From an uncultured delta proteobacterium (GTDB lineage Bacteria; Myxococcota_A; UBA9160; SMWR01), in the NCBI GenBank assembly GCA_963832165.1, contig CAWHTE010000008.1:70250-134249 (forward strand): a stretch of DNA of 64,000 nt, given 5' to 3'. A program made the translations under genes and the position numbers. The notes under the pieces were generated by a model that did not search any database, was not told where the DNA came from, and saw nothing but the letters and a program-made list of their open reading frames with translations. Positions within the stretch are counted from its first letter, which is position 1; every line of letters starts with the position of its first letter. Shown one piece after another: positions 1 to 10,632 of the stretch.

Positions 1-19
1 ACTTAACGGGTCGACAGGC

Positions 20-235
20 TCAGTTCTTCACACCGGCCGCGAGCAGCGCCGCGCCCGCCACCGTGCCCGCAATGCCTGCCCACAGCGGAATGTTGACGTG
101 TTCCTCGTCTTCGACCTGGATCTCGAACGGTCCGATCTCGGCCGTGTCCTTGTCCGTATACGTGAACCCGCCATAGACCAACGCCAGCAGTCCCAGAGTC
201 AGAAGGATCGCTCCCAGGAGCCTGTTGCCCTGCAT
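20..235 (-). CDS. Small two-TM membrane protein (DUF3185-like)
   Basis: 71 aa from the ATG at 235 (MQGNRLLGAILLTLGLLALVYGGFTY...NIPLWAGIAG); two hydrophobic segments; GAGAGGTGG RBS-like sequence upstream. Confidence 0.7.
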   Translation of the reverse strand: MQGNRLLGAILLTLGLLALVYGGFTYTDKDTAEIGPFEIQVEDEEHVNIPLWAGIAGTVAGAALLAAGVKN

Positions 236-366
236 CTTCCACCTCTCTCGAGTTTCCGGGTATCCAGTCTGGTAGAGCAAGGTCCGTGCCACGGAAACGC
301 GCGCTGGGTTAGCCTCGAATGTAGAAACCGGAGCAGCCGAGGGGCTTTGTACCGCCGAGGTGGATC

Positions 367-1852
367 TTGAGGAGAGCCGTCGCCTGGGTGCCCTTGTTGC
401 TGACCGCATGGATGCTCAGCGGCTGCAGCGATGACGACGATGACGATTTCTTCTTCATCAGCGCGTCGTCGACCGCGGACCTGAACATCGACGGCTTCGC
501 AGACCTCGTGGTCGGCGCGCCGCTGGACGATGGCGCGGGAGCGGCGGGCTCGGAGCGCGGCGCCGTCTTCATTCATCTCGGCAGCCTTTCAGGCCCATCC
601 GCGGCGCCCGATCTCACGATCTTCGGAGCCGAGGACCGCGCGCATTTTGGTGCTTCGCTCGCGCTCGTGGGAGACATCAACGGCGCGGGCGCCCCCGACC
701 TCCTCATCGGAGCTCCGTTCGACGACGCCGACAACAACACCACGAACGGCAACACCGATCGCGGCCGCGCGTTCATCTTCTTCGGCGGGCCCCAGATGGA
801 CGCGATCGCCGACGTCACGATGAGCGGTGCGGAGTCCGGCGCGCTGCTCGGATCGAGCGTGGGCTGGGTCGGGTGATACCAACGGCGACGGTCTCGAAGA
901 CTGGTTGGTCGGTGCACCGCTCGACGACGGGGACGGCAACACGACCGACGACAGCATCGACCGCGGCCGCGCGTTCTTCCACTACGGAAGCTTTGCGCCC
1001 GATGCCATCGCAGACGCCACGTTCACGGGGTCGGAGGCCGGCGCGCAATTCGGATTCGTCGTCTCGTCGGCTGGCGACATCAACGGGGGTGGCGCGGACG
1101 ACATCGCCGTGGGCGCGCCCTTCGACGACGGCGACGGAAACACCACCGACGATACTGACGACCGCGGCCGCGTGTACGTCTTCTTCGGCGGCAGCGTTCT
1201 CGACGCGTTTCCCGACGTCACGCTCACGGGCGACGAGAACGGCGCGCAGTTCGGCACGGCCGTGGCGGCGGTATTCGACGTCAACAACGACAACGTCGAT
1301 GATCTCCTGGTCGGTGCGCCGTTCCACAATGCGGGCGGCGGATCGGGCGCCGACCGCGGCGAGGCGTACGTCTTCTTCGGCAGCAACCCGGTCGATCCCA
1401 CCGCGGACATCACGATGAGCGGCTCCACCGATGACGGGTCGTTCGGCGCCTCGGTCAGCCGCGCGGGCGACGCCGACGGCGACGGCGAGCGGGACTTCAT
1501 CGTAGGGGCTCCACGCGAAGAACCCGGCGGCCTCACCGAGGCGGGTAGCGCCTATCTGTTCCGCGGCGGTTCAGGCGTCGACGACAACCCCGATGTCATC
1601 TTCGACGGCTTCGAGGCGGACGCGCATTTCGGGGCGTCCGTCGCGGGTCCGGGCGACCTCGACGGCGGCGGCCGCGACCTCATCGTCGGCGCACCGCTCG
1701 ACGACGCGGACGGCAACGCGACCGACGACGGCTTCGACCGCGGCAGCGTGTTCGTGTTCACGGGCGGTGCGGGGCTGCTCGACAACGTCGAGGAGGCGAT
1801 CATCGACGGGACGCTCGATGGTGCCCAGTTCGGCACCGCGATCGGGAACTGA
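367..1852 (+). CDS. FG-GAP repeat (integrin-alpha-like 7-blade beta-propeller) lipoprotein; frameshift near 870
   Basis: Lipobox LSGC; seven FG...GDxNGDG..D..VGAP repeats spread over ORFs 367-876 and 827-1852, which join at ...SSVGWV/GDTNGDG. Confidence 0.85.
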
Positions 1853-1893
1853 CGCGTGCGATACCGTTCCGAGACGTTGCGGAGGATCGTGCG

Positions 1894-2922
1894 ATGAAGG
1901 CCGCGTACATGCGGAGCGGCAAGCTGGAGCTCGGCGCGCTGCCCGACCCGGTTCCCCAGGCCGGGGAAGTGCTCGTGCGCACGCTCGCGTGCGGCGTCTG
2001 CGCGTCGGATCTCCACGTCCTCCGCCACGGCCGCGATCTGACCGAGTGGTCGCGCGCGAACAACGGCCCGTTCACGATGGACCTCGAGCGCCCGGTCGTG
2101 CTCGGCCACGAATACACCGCCGAGATCGTCGACTACGGGCCCAATACCGAGCGCAAGCTCGCGACCGGCACCGTCGTGACGTCTTCTCCCGTCGTGATCG
2201 GCGCACACGGGATCGCGGGCGTCGGCCTCTCGAACGACTATCCGGGCGGTTTCGGCGAGTACATGCGCCTTTCGGAGGCGCTGATTCGCCCCGTGCCCGA
2301 GTCGCTGGGCCCGCGGCTCGCGGCGCTGACCGAGCCTGCGTCGGTCGGACTCTACTACGTGCGCGTCGCGGACCTGCGCGAGGGGGACGTCCCGCTCGTG
2401 ATCGGCTGCGGTGCAATCGGCCTCGCGGTGATCGCCGCGCTGCGCCGCGCGGGCGCGCACCCGATCCTCGCCGCCGACTTCTCGGCGGCACGCCGCGAGC
2501 AGGCGCTGCACATGGGCGCGGATCGCGCGATCGATCCGCGAGCCGAATCGCCGTACGTCGTGCAGCCCGGCGCGCGCGGCCCCGCGAACGTGATCTTCGA
2601 GTGCGTCGGTCTCCCCGGAGTGCTCGACGGCGTCACGCGCGGCGCGCCGTTCGGAGCACGCGTGATGGTGGCGGGCTGGTGTCTCGAGATGGATCACCTG
2701 TTCACGCCGATCGCGCACTTCAAGGGTCTCGCGATCAAGTTCGGCGGCGGTCCCACCCCCATGGACTTCGACGCTGCGCTGCGCGCGCTCGGTGAAGGAG
2801 AGATCGACATCTCCTCGTGGATCACGCACGAAGCAGGTCTCGACGGCGTCGAGTCCGCGTTCGACCGGCTGGGCGATCCCGGAACGGGTCTGCGCACGTT
2901 GATCTGGCCCGGGCGCGGTTGA
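1894..2922 (+). CDS. Zinc-binding MDR-family alcohol dehydrogenase
   Basis: CGVCASDLH, GHE and GCGAIG motifs; lacks the 4-Cys structural zinc lobe. Confidence 0.9.
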   Translation: MKAAYMRSGKLELGALPDPVPQAGEVLVRTLACGVCASDLHVLRHGRDLTEWSRANNGPFTMDLERPVVLGHEYTAEIVDYGPNTERKLATGTVVTSSPVVIGAHGIAGVGLSNDYPGGFGEYMRLSEALIRPVPESLGPRLAALTEPASVGLYYVRVADLREGDVPLVIGCGAIGLAVIAALRRAGAHPILAADFSAARREQALHMGADRAIDPRAESPYVVQPGARGPANVIFECVGLPGVLDGVTRGAPFGARVMVAGWCLEMDHLFTPIAHFKGLAIKFGGGPTPMDFDAALRALGEGEIDISSWITHEAGLDGVESAFDRLGDPGTGLRTLIWPGRG

Positions 2923-2934
2923 CGCGCGGCTGGA

Positions 2935-4158
2935 TCAGGCGATCGCGCCGGCCGCGCGCAGCTCGATGATCTGGTCCCAGTCCATGCCGAGCTCCTGCAG
3001 GATCTCGTCGCCGTGCTCGTTGAAGAGCGGCGAGCGCTCGGTCGGCGTGGGCCGCTCGTCGAACTGGACCGGCGTCGCGCCGAGCTCGAACGGTGTGCCG
3101 TCGGCGGTCTTCGTCGCCGCGATGTAGCCCATCGCGCGCACCTGGGAATCCGCCGCGACCTCGAGCGAGTTCTGGACGGGAGCCCACTGGCCGCGCAGCG
3201 TCTGGAACCGCTCCATCCACTCCGCGAACGTCTTTGATCCGATCACTTCGCGAATGATCTCCACTGCAGCGAGCGCGTTCTGGGCCAGCTTCTCGACGCT
3301 GTCGAAGCGCGGGTCGCGCGCGAGCTCGCTCTTGCCGATGTGATCGCAGAAATCGGGCCAGTAGGCGAAGGCCTGCAGCATCACGAGCGAGATGTAGCGT
3401 CCGTCGCTCGTGCGATAGCTGCCCACGAGCGGGTTGGAGATCGCGAGGTGGCCGCCGACCGGAGGCGCCTGCAGCGGCGCACCCGACTGCAGCGCCAGCG
3501 CGATCGCCTGGCCGAGCGCCCAGACACCCGTGCCCAGCAGCGAGACGTCGACGACCGAGGGCTCGCCCGTGCGCTCGCGCTTGAGCAGTGCGCCCGCAAT
3601 GCCTCCCGCGATCGTCATCGCGCCGATCGAGTCGCCGTAGCCCGGGCCGGGTTGGCTGATCAACCCCCCCAGGCCCTGCGGCGTGCAGCTCGCGGCGCTG
3701 CCCGCCCGGCACCAGAAGCTCGTGAAGTCGTAGCCGCCCTTCTCGCCGTCGGGTCCGTGCGGGCCGAACGCAGTGCCGCGCGTGTAGATGATCTTCGGGC
3801 TGTGCTTGCGCACGTCGGCCACGTCGATCTTCAGCTTGCGCAGCACGGGCGGCGTCTTGTTGGTCAGGAAGACGTCCGCGGTCGCCGCAAGCCGGTACAC
3901 GAGGTCGAGCCCCTTCGCATTCGACAGGTCGATCCCGATGCTGCGCTTGCCCCGGTTGCTGTGCTCCATGAGCACGTGGACCTTGGTCGCAAACGAAACG
4001 ACGCCCGTCTGCGCGAGGCCGCGCATCGCGTCGCCGCGCTCGGCGTGCTCGACCTTGATCACGTCCGCACCCCATTCGGCAAGCACCGCCGAGGCTGCCG
4101 GCACGAAGGTGTGCTCGGCCACCTCGAGGATGCGGATGCCCTTCATCACGTCGAGCAT
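2935..4158 (-). CDS. Family III CoA transferase (CaiB/BaiF)
   Basis: MLDVMKGIRILE..., LAEWGADVIKVE, NRGKRSIGIDL, GYD, PGYGD (catalytic Asp region). Confidence 0.92.
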   Translation of the reverse strand: MLDVMKGIRILEVAEHTFVPAASAVLAEWGADVIKVEHAERGDAMRGLAQTGVVSFATKVHVLMEHSNRGKRSIGIDLSNAKGLDLVYRLAATADVFLTNKTPPVLRKLKIDVADVRKHSPKIIYTRGTAFGPHGPDGEKGGYDFTSFWCRAGSAASCTPQGLGGLISQPGPGYGDSIGAMTIAGGIAGALLKRERTGEPSVVDVSLLGTGVWALGQAIALALQSGAPLQAPPVGGHLAISNPLVGSYRTSDGRYISLVMLQAFAYWPDFCDHIGKSELARDPRFDSVEKLAQNALAAVEIIREVIGSKTFAEWMERFQTLRGQWAPVQNSLEVAADSQVRAMGYIAATKTADGTPFELGATPVQFDERPTPTERSPLFNEHGDEILQELGMDWDQIIELRAAGAIA

Positions 4159-4169
4159 GCGAGTCTCCT

Positions 4170-6422
4170 TCAGCTTCGGCTGCGCGGAAGCCCGAGTGCC
4201 TGCTGCGCGATGATGCTGCGCATGATCTCGGAGGTCCCCGCGTAGACCCTCGTCGCGGCCGCGACCCGATAGCCAAACTCGGGCTCGCCATCCGCGATCG
4301 CGCCCTCGCTCCCCGCGCGCAGCAGCGAATCGGGCGCAAACAGGTCGAGCAGATCGGAAGCATCCGTCTGCAGCGTGTCGGTGCCGAAGAGCTTGCTCAT
4401 CGGTCCCTCGCCGCGATCGGGACGGCCCGTAGCGCCCAACCACAGCGCGCGGCGGTCGAGCACGAAGGACATGTCCGCGTGCATCGCAACGCGCGCGAGG
4501 CGCTCGCGCACGCGCACGTCGTCGAGCAACGGCCGGCCGTCGCGCTGCGCGCTGCGTGCCCAGCGCACCGTCCGCTCGCTCAAATCGCGCAGGTGCGTAC
4601 CGTGCCCCGCCGAGCCCGCGCCCGACCCGTGCTCGATCTCGAGCGCGTAGCCGAGGACTCGCCAGCCGCCGTCGACCTCGCCGACGCGATAGCGATCGGG
4701 AATCCGCACGCCGCTGTAGTACGTCACGTTGGTGCGCTCGTCGGAGAGCGTGTGGACCGCGTGGATCGCGATGCCGGGCGCGTCGAGCGGCACGAGGAAC
4801 ATCGTGAGTCCGTTGTGCTTGGCCACACCCGGGTCGGTGCGCGTGAGCAGGAAGACGTACTGCGCGCGGTCCGCCCCGCTCGTGAACATCTTCTGGCCGT
4901 CGATCACCCAGTCGTCGCCGTCGCGCACCGCCCTCGTCTGTGCGGCCGCGACGTCCGAGCCCGAGGCGGGCTCGGTGTAGCCGAGGCTGATCACCGCGTC
5001 CCCTTCCAGGATGCGCGGCAGCACTTCGCGCTTGAGCTCCTCGCTCGCCATTTTGATCAGCGTCGCACCGACCATGCCGGTCGTGATCACCGCGTGCGTC
5101 GACCAGCCCGCGCGCTGATATTCCTCCGCGAGTGCGGCGGTTTCGTAGGGGCTCGCATCGCGGCCGCCGTACGCGCGCGGCCAGTGCGGAAACAAGAGGC
5201 CCGCCCGCGCGAGCTCTCGCTGGAAGCCCGCGTCGTGACCATCCCAGCTGAAGTGGGCCTTCGCGCGCAGTTCCGGCGTGAGCGCGTGCTCGAAGAATGC
5301 GCGCGCTTCTTCGCGCATCCCCTCCGCGCCGGCGCCGAGGCTCCAGTCGAGCGTACACGCGCCCGCGTCGGGCAGCGCCACGGGCGCCTCGTTGCCCCAG
5401 AGCCGCGCGGCGGCGCGCAACAGCTCGTCGCGCGGGTCCCCGCCCGCGAGCGCCCAGGCCTTCGCGCGCCGGTAGTAGAGCTGGATGTCGTATTCGAGCG
5501 AGAGGCCGTAGCCGCCGTGCGCGTGCAGCGCGCGACCGCTCGCGGTCGCCGCGCTCTCGGCCGCGGCAGCGAACGCGAAGCAGATCCGACCGGCCGCCTC
5601 GGGCTGCGCCGTCGCGACCGACCAGACCGCGTACTGCACGAGCAGCTGCGACGCGGAGACTGACGTCGCGGCGTCCGCGAACGCGTGCGCGATGCCCTGG
5701 AAAGCGCCGATCGGGCGGCCGAACTGGACGCGCGACTTCGCGTAGTCGGCGCCGATCTCGAGCGCGCGCTGCGCGAGACCCGTGAGCGCTGCGGCCGTGA
5801 GCAGGCGCCACTCCTCGCGCGCCGCGTGGTATGCGTTCCGCGCCTCGTCGCCGCGCGCGAGGATCACGCGCTCACCGCCTGGCGGCGCGACGTCGAGTCG
5901 CCAGCGCGCGAGCGCGCTCGATCCGATGTTCGCCGGCGGAGCCTCGACGGCTGCGCGCGGCCGGCGCATCAGCACGAGCGCATCGCCCTCGAGCGCCAAC
6001 ACCGCGTCGGCCGCCGCACCGCCCGCGATGAGCTGGGCGGGATTTCGCTCGACCTCGTGGAGCGCGAGCGTGGCAACGCAGCTGCCCGCGAGGATCTCCG
6101 CGAGCAGAGCGCGCGCGGGCGCGCCGTCGATCCGCGCGAGCATGCCCGCGACGCAGATCGCCTCGACCAGCGGAACCGAGGCGAGCGCGCGACCCGCCTG
6201 CTCCGCGAGGATCACCGCGTCGTGCAGGCCCGCGCCGCTGCCGCCGTGCGCGTCGGGCACGCGAATGCCGATCGCACCCGTCTCGATCAGGTGCTTCCAG
6301 AGCCCCGGGTCGAAGCCGGTCTGCTCCGCGGCGCGCACCCGCTCGGCGCTCGACTCCGCCGCAAACAGCTCCGCGAAGGTGTGCTGCAGGAGCTCCTGCT
6401 CTTCGGTGAGGCCGAGCTGCAT
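4170..6422 (-). CDS. Fused two-domain acyl-CoA dehydrogenase (FadE34/ChsE3-like architecture)
   Basis: N-terminal half has RVQFGRPIGAFQ and HGGYG; C-terminal half has GYTEPASGSD, GQKMFTS, YAGTSEIMRSIIA; ATG at 6422. Confidence 0.9.
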   Translation of the reverse strand: MQLGLTEEQELLQHTFAELFAAESSAERVRAAEQTGFDPGLWKHLIETGAIGIRVPDAHGGSGAGLHDAVILAEQAGRALASVPLVEAICVAGMLARIDGAPARALLAEILAGSCVATLALHEVERNPAQLIAGGAAADAVLALEGDALVLMRRPRAAVEAPPANIGSSALARWRLDVAPPGGERVILARGDEARNAYHAAREEWRLLTAAALTGLAQRALEIGADYAKSRVQFGRPIGAFQGIAHAFADAATSVSASQLLVQYAVWSVATAQPEAAGRICFAFAAAAESAATASGRALHAHGGYGLSLEYDIQLYYRRAKAWALAGGDPRDELLRAAARLWGNEAPVALPDAGACTLDWSLGAGAEGMREEARAFFEHALTPELRAKAHFSWDGHDAGFQRELARAGLLFPHWPRAYGGRDASPYETAALAEEYQRAGWSTHAVITTGMVGATLIKMASEELKREVLPRILEGDAVISLGYTEPASGSDVAAAQTRAVRDGDDWVIDGQKMFTSGADRAQYVFLLTRTDPGVAKHNGLTMFLVPLDAPGIAIHAVHTLSDERTNVTYYSGVRIPDRYRVGEVDGGWRVLGYALEIEHGSGAGSAGHGTHLRDLSERTVRWARSAQRDGRPLLDDVRVRERLARVAMHADMSFVLDRRALWLGATGRPDRGEGPMSKLFGTDTLQTDASDLLDLFAPDSLLRAGSEGAIADGEPEFGYRVAAATRVYAGTSEIMRSIIAQQALGLPRSRS

Positions 6423-6438
6423 GAATTCCTCGCTCCGC

Positions 6439-7263
6439 TCAGCTGCCCAGGAAGAACTTCGCAGCCGGAGCCGCCGCGGGGAACGCATCGGTGATGCCGG
6501 CGCTGAGGTATCCGGCGTCGCTGATCACGGTCGTGCCCGTGATCGCGGACGCGGCGTCGCTGCACAGGAACACGAGCGGGTACGCCTGCTCGAGCGCCGT
6601 CGCGGGTGCGATGCCGACCTCGGCGCGGTAGTCGGCGCCGAAGCCGAGCCAGGTCTGCTTGTTGGCCTGCGCGAGCGGCGTGTCGGTCGGCCCCGGGCAG
6701 ACCGCGTTGATCCGGATCCCCTTCTTCAGGAGCGACATCGACTCGCGCGCGACGTAGGTGCAGATCGCCTGCTTGCTGTGCATGTAGTCGGCCATGCCGT
6801 GCTCGTTCGCCCAGCGCGAGGCCGCGTCGAAGTCGCTGATGTCGAGGTACTCCTTCAAGGGCTCCAGGTTCGCGCGCCAGCCGAGCCCTGCCGCGGACGA
6901 GATGAAGCCGATCGCGGATCCGCGGCCGAGCATCCCGCGCTCGAGCAGCCGGTCGATCAGGTAGCGATGGCCGATGAAGTTGATCTTCTCGATGCCGGGC
7001 GTGCCGTCGGCGACACCCGCGCACGCGAACAGCGCGTGCACGCGTCCCCCGCATTCCTCGATCGCGCGATCGATCGAGGCCTGGTCGGCGAGATTCAGGT
7101 GGATCGACTTGACGCCGGAGAGCTTCACGGGCGCGAAGTCCATCACGACCACTTCGGCGCCCGCGTCGCGCGCCAACTCGGCACTGGCCGCGCCCATTCC
7201 CGTGGCACCACCGACCACGAGAACCCGCTTGCCGTCGTACCGGAATTTGTCGAACTGCGTCAT
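6439..7263 (-). CDS. SDR oxidoreductase (3-alpha-HSD/coniferyl-alcohol dehydrogenase-like)
   Basis: GGATGMG, YMHSK, NAVCPGPTDT. Confidence 0.88.
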   Translation of the reverse strand: MTQFDKFRYDGKRVLVVGGATGMGAASAELARDAGAEVVVMDFAPVKLSGVKSIHLNLADQASIDRAIEECGGRVHALFACAGVADGTPGIEKINFIGHRYLIDRLLERGMLGRGSAIGFISSAAGLGWRANLEPLKEYLDISDFDAASRWANEHGMADYMHSKQAICTYVARESMSLLKKGIRINAVCPGPTDTPLAQANKQTWLGFGADYRAEVGIAPATALEQAYPLVFLCSDAASAITGTTVISDAGYLSAGITDAFPAAAPAAKFFLGS

Positions 7264-7286
7264 CGTCGTTTCCTCGCTCGGCGCGC

Positions 7287-8345
7287 TCACGTTTGCGGAC
7301 CCGCCGGTGTCATCGGCGGGAGATCTGCGGTGGACAGGATGCCCGGAGGCGCCGCACACACGTAGGGGATCGCGTTGACGGCCGGGTTCGCCGTCAAAGA
7401 CGGCGTGTGCGCGCCGAGCTCCGCGAGCGAAACCGCGATCGGCAGCTCGACGTCGAGCGGTGCGTCGCCGCGCACGCGGACGCGCCATCCGGTCCGCCCG
7501 AGATCCCACGCGGGCTCGATCTCGGTGGTGCAGTACCAGGTCGGCGTCATGCTGACGACCGCGTCGCCGCGAGAGCGCCCGACGATCCGGGTCCGCATCG
7601 CGGCGATCGTCCCCGCCTCGAGCCGACCCGCAGCGATCTCCGTCGTCCGCCGGGCGACCGCGTATTCGCCCGTGCTCGACCACGCGTCGACGGGACGACC
7701 CGCGGCTGCCGCGAGCCGGCCGAGCGAGGGACTGAACGAGCGCAGCATGTGTGCTTCCCGGAGCTCCGCGCGGAACGCCTCGGCCGGCCGACCGAATCCC
7801 ATGAGCTCGAAGATCATGTGCGGCGAGTTGCGCTGCGACATGTTCGCGAACTCTTCGATCTCGATCGATTCGACGTTGCGCTGCAGCGACAACAGCGCGA
7901 ACGGCAGCGCATCGGTGATGAAGCCGGGACTGCTCCCCGTCGCATACAGCGACGCGTTTCCCTTCGCGCACGCATCGAGCACGCGGGCCCGCGCTTCGTC
8001 GCCGAGCGGATGCCCCCCATCGGTGAACTCGACGCAGGTCGTGACGACGTTCGTTCCGGCCTCGAGAAACGCCACCACGTCCGCGAGGTCCGTCACGCGC
8101 GGCATGTAGAGCACGCAGTCCGCGCCGAGCGCGTGGATCGCCGCGCGATCCGTCGTCGCCTTCACGCCAACGGGCGGCTCGCCGCACAGGGAGCCCGCAT
8201 CGACGCCATCCTTCGCAGGGTCGTAGACGAGCAGACCCACGAGATCGAGAGACGGATGCCGGATCACCTCGCGCAGCGCGCGGGTGCCGACGTTCCCGGT
8301 CGCCCATTGGACGACGCGGCGACGGGGGGTGGGGCTGCGGCTCAA
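7287..8345 (-). CDS. DapB-like NAD(P)H-dependent amine dehydrogenase family protein
   Basis: VVQWATGNVG Rossmann start, KDGVDAG, GTNVVTT, TGSSPGF, TANPAVNAIP; TTG start overlaps the upstream stop codon. Confidence 0.8.
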   Translation of the reverse strand: MSRSPTPRRRVVQWATGNVGTRALREVIRHPSLDLVGLLVYDPAKDGVDAGSLCGEPPVGVKATTDRAAIHALGADCVLYMPRVTDLADVVAFLEAGTNVVTTCVEFTDGGHPLGDEARARVLDACAKGNASLYATGSSPGFITDALPFALLSLQRNVESIEIEEFANMSQRNSPHMIFELMGFGRPAEAFRAELREAHMLRSFSPSLGRLAAAAGRPVDAWSSTGEYAVARRTTEIAAGRLEAGTIAAMRTRIVGRSRGDAVVSMTPTWYCTTEIEPAWDLGRTGWRVRVRGDAPLDVELPIAVSLAELGAHTPSLTANPAVNAIPYVCAAPPGILSTADLPPMTPAGPQT

Positions 8346-9808
8346 GCCGCCGGCTCCGCGAAGGTCTTGATCTCGAGGAACTCGGAGAGTCCGGCCGCGC
8401 CCATCTCGCGCCCGATGCCCGCCTGCTTGTAGCCGCCGAAGGGCGCATCCGGCCCGTAGTAGATGCCGCCGTTGACGCTGAGCGTGCCCGCGCGAATGCG
8501 CCGCGCCACCGAGAGCGCGCGCTCGCGATCGGCGCTCATCACCGAGCCCGACAGGCCGTAGATCGAATTGTTCGCGATGCGCACGGCGTCGTCGTCGCCG
8601 TCGTGCGGCAGGATCACGAGTACCGGACCGAAGAGCTCGTCCTGTGCGACCGCGGAGTTCTCGTCGGCGCCGACGAGCAGCGTAGGCTCGTAGAAATAGC
8701 CGCGCGGGAGGTGCTCCGGTCTGCGTCCTCCGATCACGGCGCGGGCGCCGTCGGCGACCGCGCGATCGACGTAGCCGGCGACCTTCTCGCGCTGCCGCGC
8801 GTTGATCAGCGGGCCCATCATCGTGGCCGGATCCGTCGGATCGCCGTACTTCACGTTGGCGAGCAGCCCGCGCACCCGATCGACCACTTCGTCGTGGCGG
8901 TTGCGCGGCACGACCATGCGCGACGTGATCGCGCAGCCCTGGCCCGAGTGCGAGATCACTGCGAACCCGCAGGCCATCGCGGCCATCCCGATGTCCCCGT
9001 CGTCGAGGAGCACGAACGCGGATTTCCCCCCGAGCTCGAGGAACACGCGCTTCACCGTCGCGCTCGCAGCGGCCATGATCTGGCGCCCGACCGGTGTCGA
9101 GCCCGTGAACGAGACCACGTCGACATCGGGATGCGTGGTCATGAGCGCACCGACGGCGTTGTCGGAGGCCGAGAGCACGTTGACGACACCGGGCGGGATG
9201 TCGGTCGCCTCGGCGATGAGCCTGCCGAGCGCGAGCGTGGCCCACGGCGTGTCGGGCGCCCCCTTGAGCACGACCGTGCAGCCCGCTGCGAGCGCAGGCG
9301 CGAGCTTCGCGAGAGCGAGCTGGATCGGATAGTTGTACGCCGCGATCGCGCTGACGACTCCCGCGGCCTCCTTCTCGATCCAGCGGTGGTTCTTGCGCCC
9401 GAACACCTCGCGGTTGCCGAGGTCTTCCACCCACTCGTAGTTTCCGACGAGATCGGCGTACCAGCGCACCACCTCGATCGGGCCGGCGAGCTGCGGGCCC
9501 TGCGTGATGGAGACGGGAGCGCCCACCTCGGCCACGACGATGTCGCGCAGCGGCTCGAAGTGGTCCTGCAGCGCCTTGTGGAGCTGCCGAAGGCAGCGCT
9601 CGCGCAGCGCGCGGTCGCGCGACCACTCCGTCGTGTCGAACGCCCTGCGCGCGGCCGCGATCGCGCGCTCCGCGTCCGCGAGCGAGGCGTCGGCGGCACG
9701 CCCTAACACGGCCTCCGTGGCTGGATTGATCGTCTCGTAGCTGGCCCCGCCCTCCGCAGCCACGAGCTTGCCGTCGATCAGCAGACGCTCTTCGTGCCAG
9801 CTTGTCAT
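8342..9808 (-). CDS. Aldehyde dehydrogenase
   Basis: FTGST, LELGGKS, GQGC (catalytic Cys), ELFGPV, PFGGYKQAG. Confidence 0.95.
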   Translation of the reverse strand: MTSWHEERLLIDGKLVAAEGGASYETINPATEAVLGRAADASLADAERAIAAARRAFDTTEWSRDRALRERCLRQLHKALQDHFEPLRDIVVAEVGAPVSITQGPQLAGPIEVVRWYADLVGNYEWVEDLGNREVFGRKNHRWIEKEAAGVVSAIAAYNYPIQLALAKLAPALAAGCTVVLKGAPDTPWATLALGRLIAEATDIPPGVVNVLSASDNAVGALMTTHPDVDVVSFTGSTPVGRQIMAAASATVKRVFLELGGKSAFVLLDDGDIGMAAMACGFAVISHSGQGCAITSRMVVPRNRHDEVVDRVRGLLANVKYGDPTDPATMMGPLINARQREKVAGYVDRAVADGARAVIGGRRPEHLPRGYFYEPTLLVGADENSAVAQDELFGPVLVILPHDGDDDAVRIANNSIYGLSGSVMSADRERALSVARRIRAGTLSVNGGIYYGPDAPFGGYKQAGIGREMGAAGLSEFLEIKTFAEPAA

Positions 9809-9825
9809 GGTGTTTTACGTTACGT

Positions 9826-9862
9826 GAGAATCAGTCTCTCGCCAAGTGGATTCCGGATTCTC
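9826..9862. promoter_or_regulatory. Tandem putative operator sites (GAGAAT-N3-ATTCTC-like), 22-bp spacing
   Basis: GAGAATcagTCTCTC at 9826 and GGATTCcggATTCTC at 9848, upstream of the ALDH operon. Confidence 0.55.
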
Positions 9863-9876
9863 GCAAGAGATCCCCG

Positions 9877-10632
9877 TCAGGAGAACGAGCCGCGTGCGGC
9901 GCTGCTTCCGCCGTCGAGCGGCAGCACGCTGCCCGTGAGCCAGCGGCTCTCGCGCGAGGCGAGGTAGACCGCGGCGAGCGCGACGTCGTCCGCCGTTCCG
10001 AGGCCGAGCAGGTGCATCGCTTCGCGCCGCGCGCGCTCTTCCGGCGTCATGTGCGCGTCGCGCTTCGCGTTCTCTACGTAGCCCGGACTGATCGCATTGC
10101 AGCGCACGCCGTGCGCTGCCTCGTCGACCGCGATGCTGCGCGTGAGCGCTTCGAGCGCGCCCTTGGCAGCGATGTAGCCCGCGAGTCCCCGCGATGCGCG
10201 CGATGCGGCGCGGCTCGACACGTTGATGATCGATCCGTGGCCGCACGCGCGCAGCGACGGCATCGCAGCGCGACACAGACGGGCCACCGCGAGCAGATCG
10301 ACCTCGAGGATCGCGCGCCACTGCGCATCCTCGAGCTGCGCGACCGGTCCATCGCGCAGGCCGCTCGCGGCGTTGTTGACGAGCACCGTCAACGCACCGA
10401 ACTCGCGGATCGCCGCGTCGACGAGCGCTCCCGGCGTCGCGGCATCGCCGAGCTCGCCCGCCACGAAGCGGGCCCGACCGCCGCAGGCGCGCGCGACATC
10501 TTCGCCCCGGGCGCGATCGCGCCCGGTGACGATCACCGAGGCGCCCTCTTCGGCGAAGCGGATCGCGATCGCGCGCCCGATGCCCGACGTCGAGCCCGTG
10601 ATCAGCGCTGTTTCGCCTGCGAGTCGTCCCAT
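9877..10632 (-). CDS. SDR oxidoreductase
   Basis: TGSTSGIG, NNAA, YIAAK, NAISPG. Confidence 0.9.
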   Translation of the reverse strand: MGRLAGETALITGSTSGIGRAIAIRFAEEGASVIVTGRDRARGEDVARACGGRARFVAGELGDAATPGALVDAAIREFGALTVLVNNAASGLRDGPVAQLEDAQWRAILEVDLLAVARLCRAAMPSLRACGHGSIINVSSRAASRASRGLAGYIAAKGALEALTRSIAVDEAAHGVRCNAISPGYVENAKRDAHMTPEERARREAMHLLGLGTADDVALAAVYLASRESRWLTGSVLPLDGGSSAARGSFS

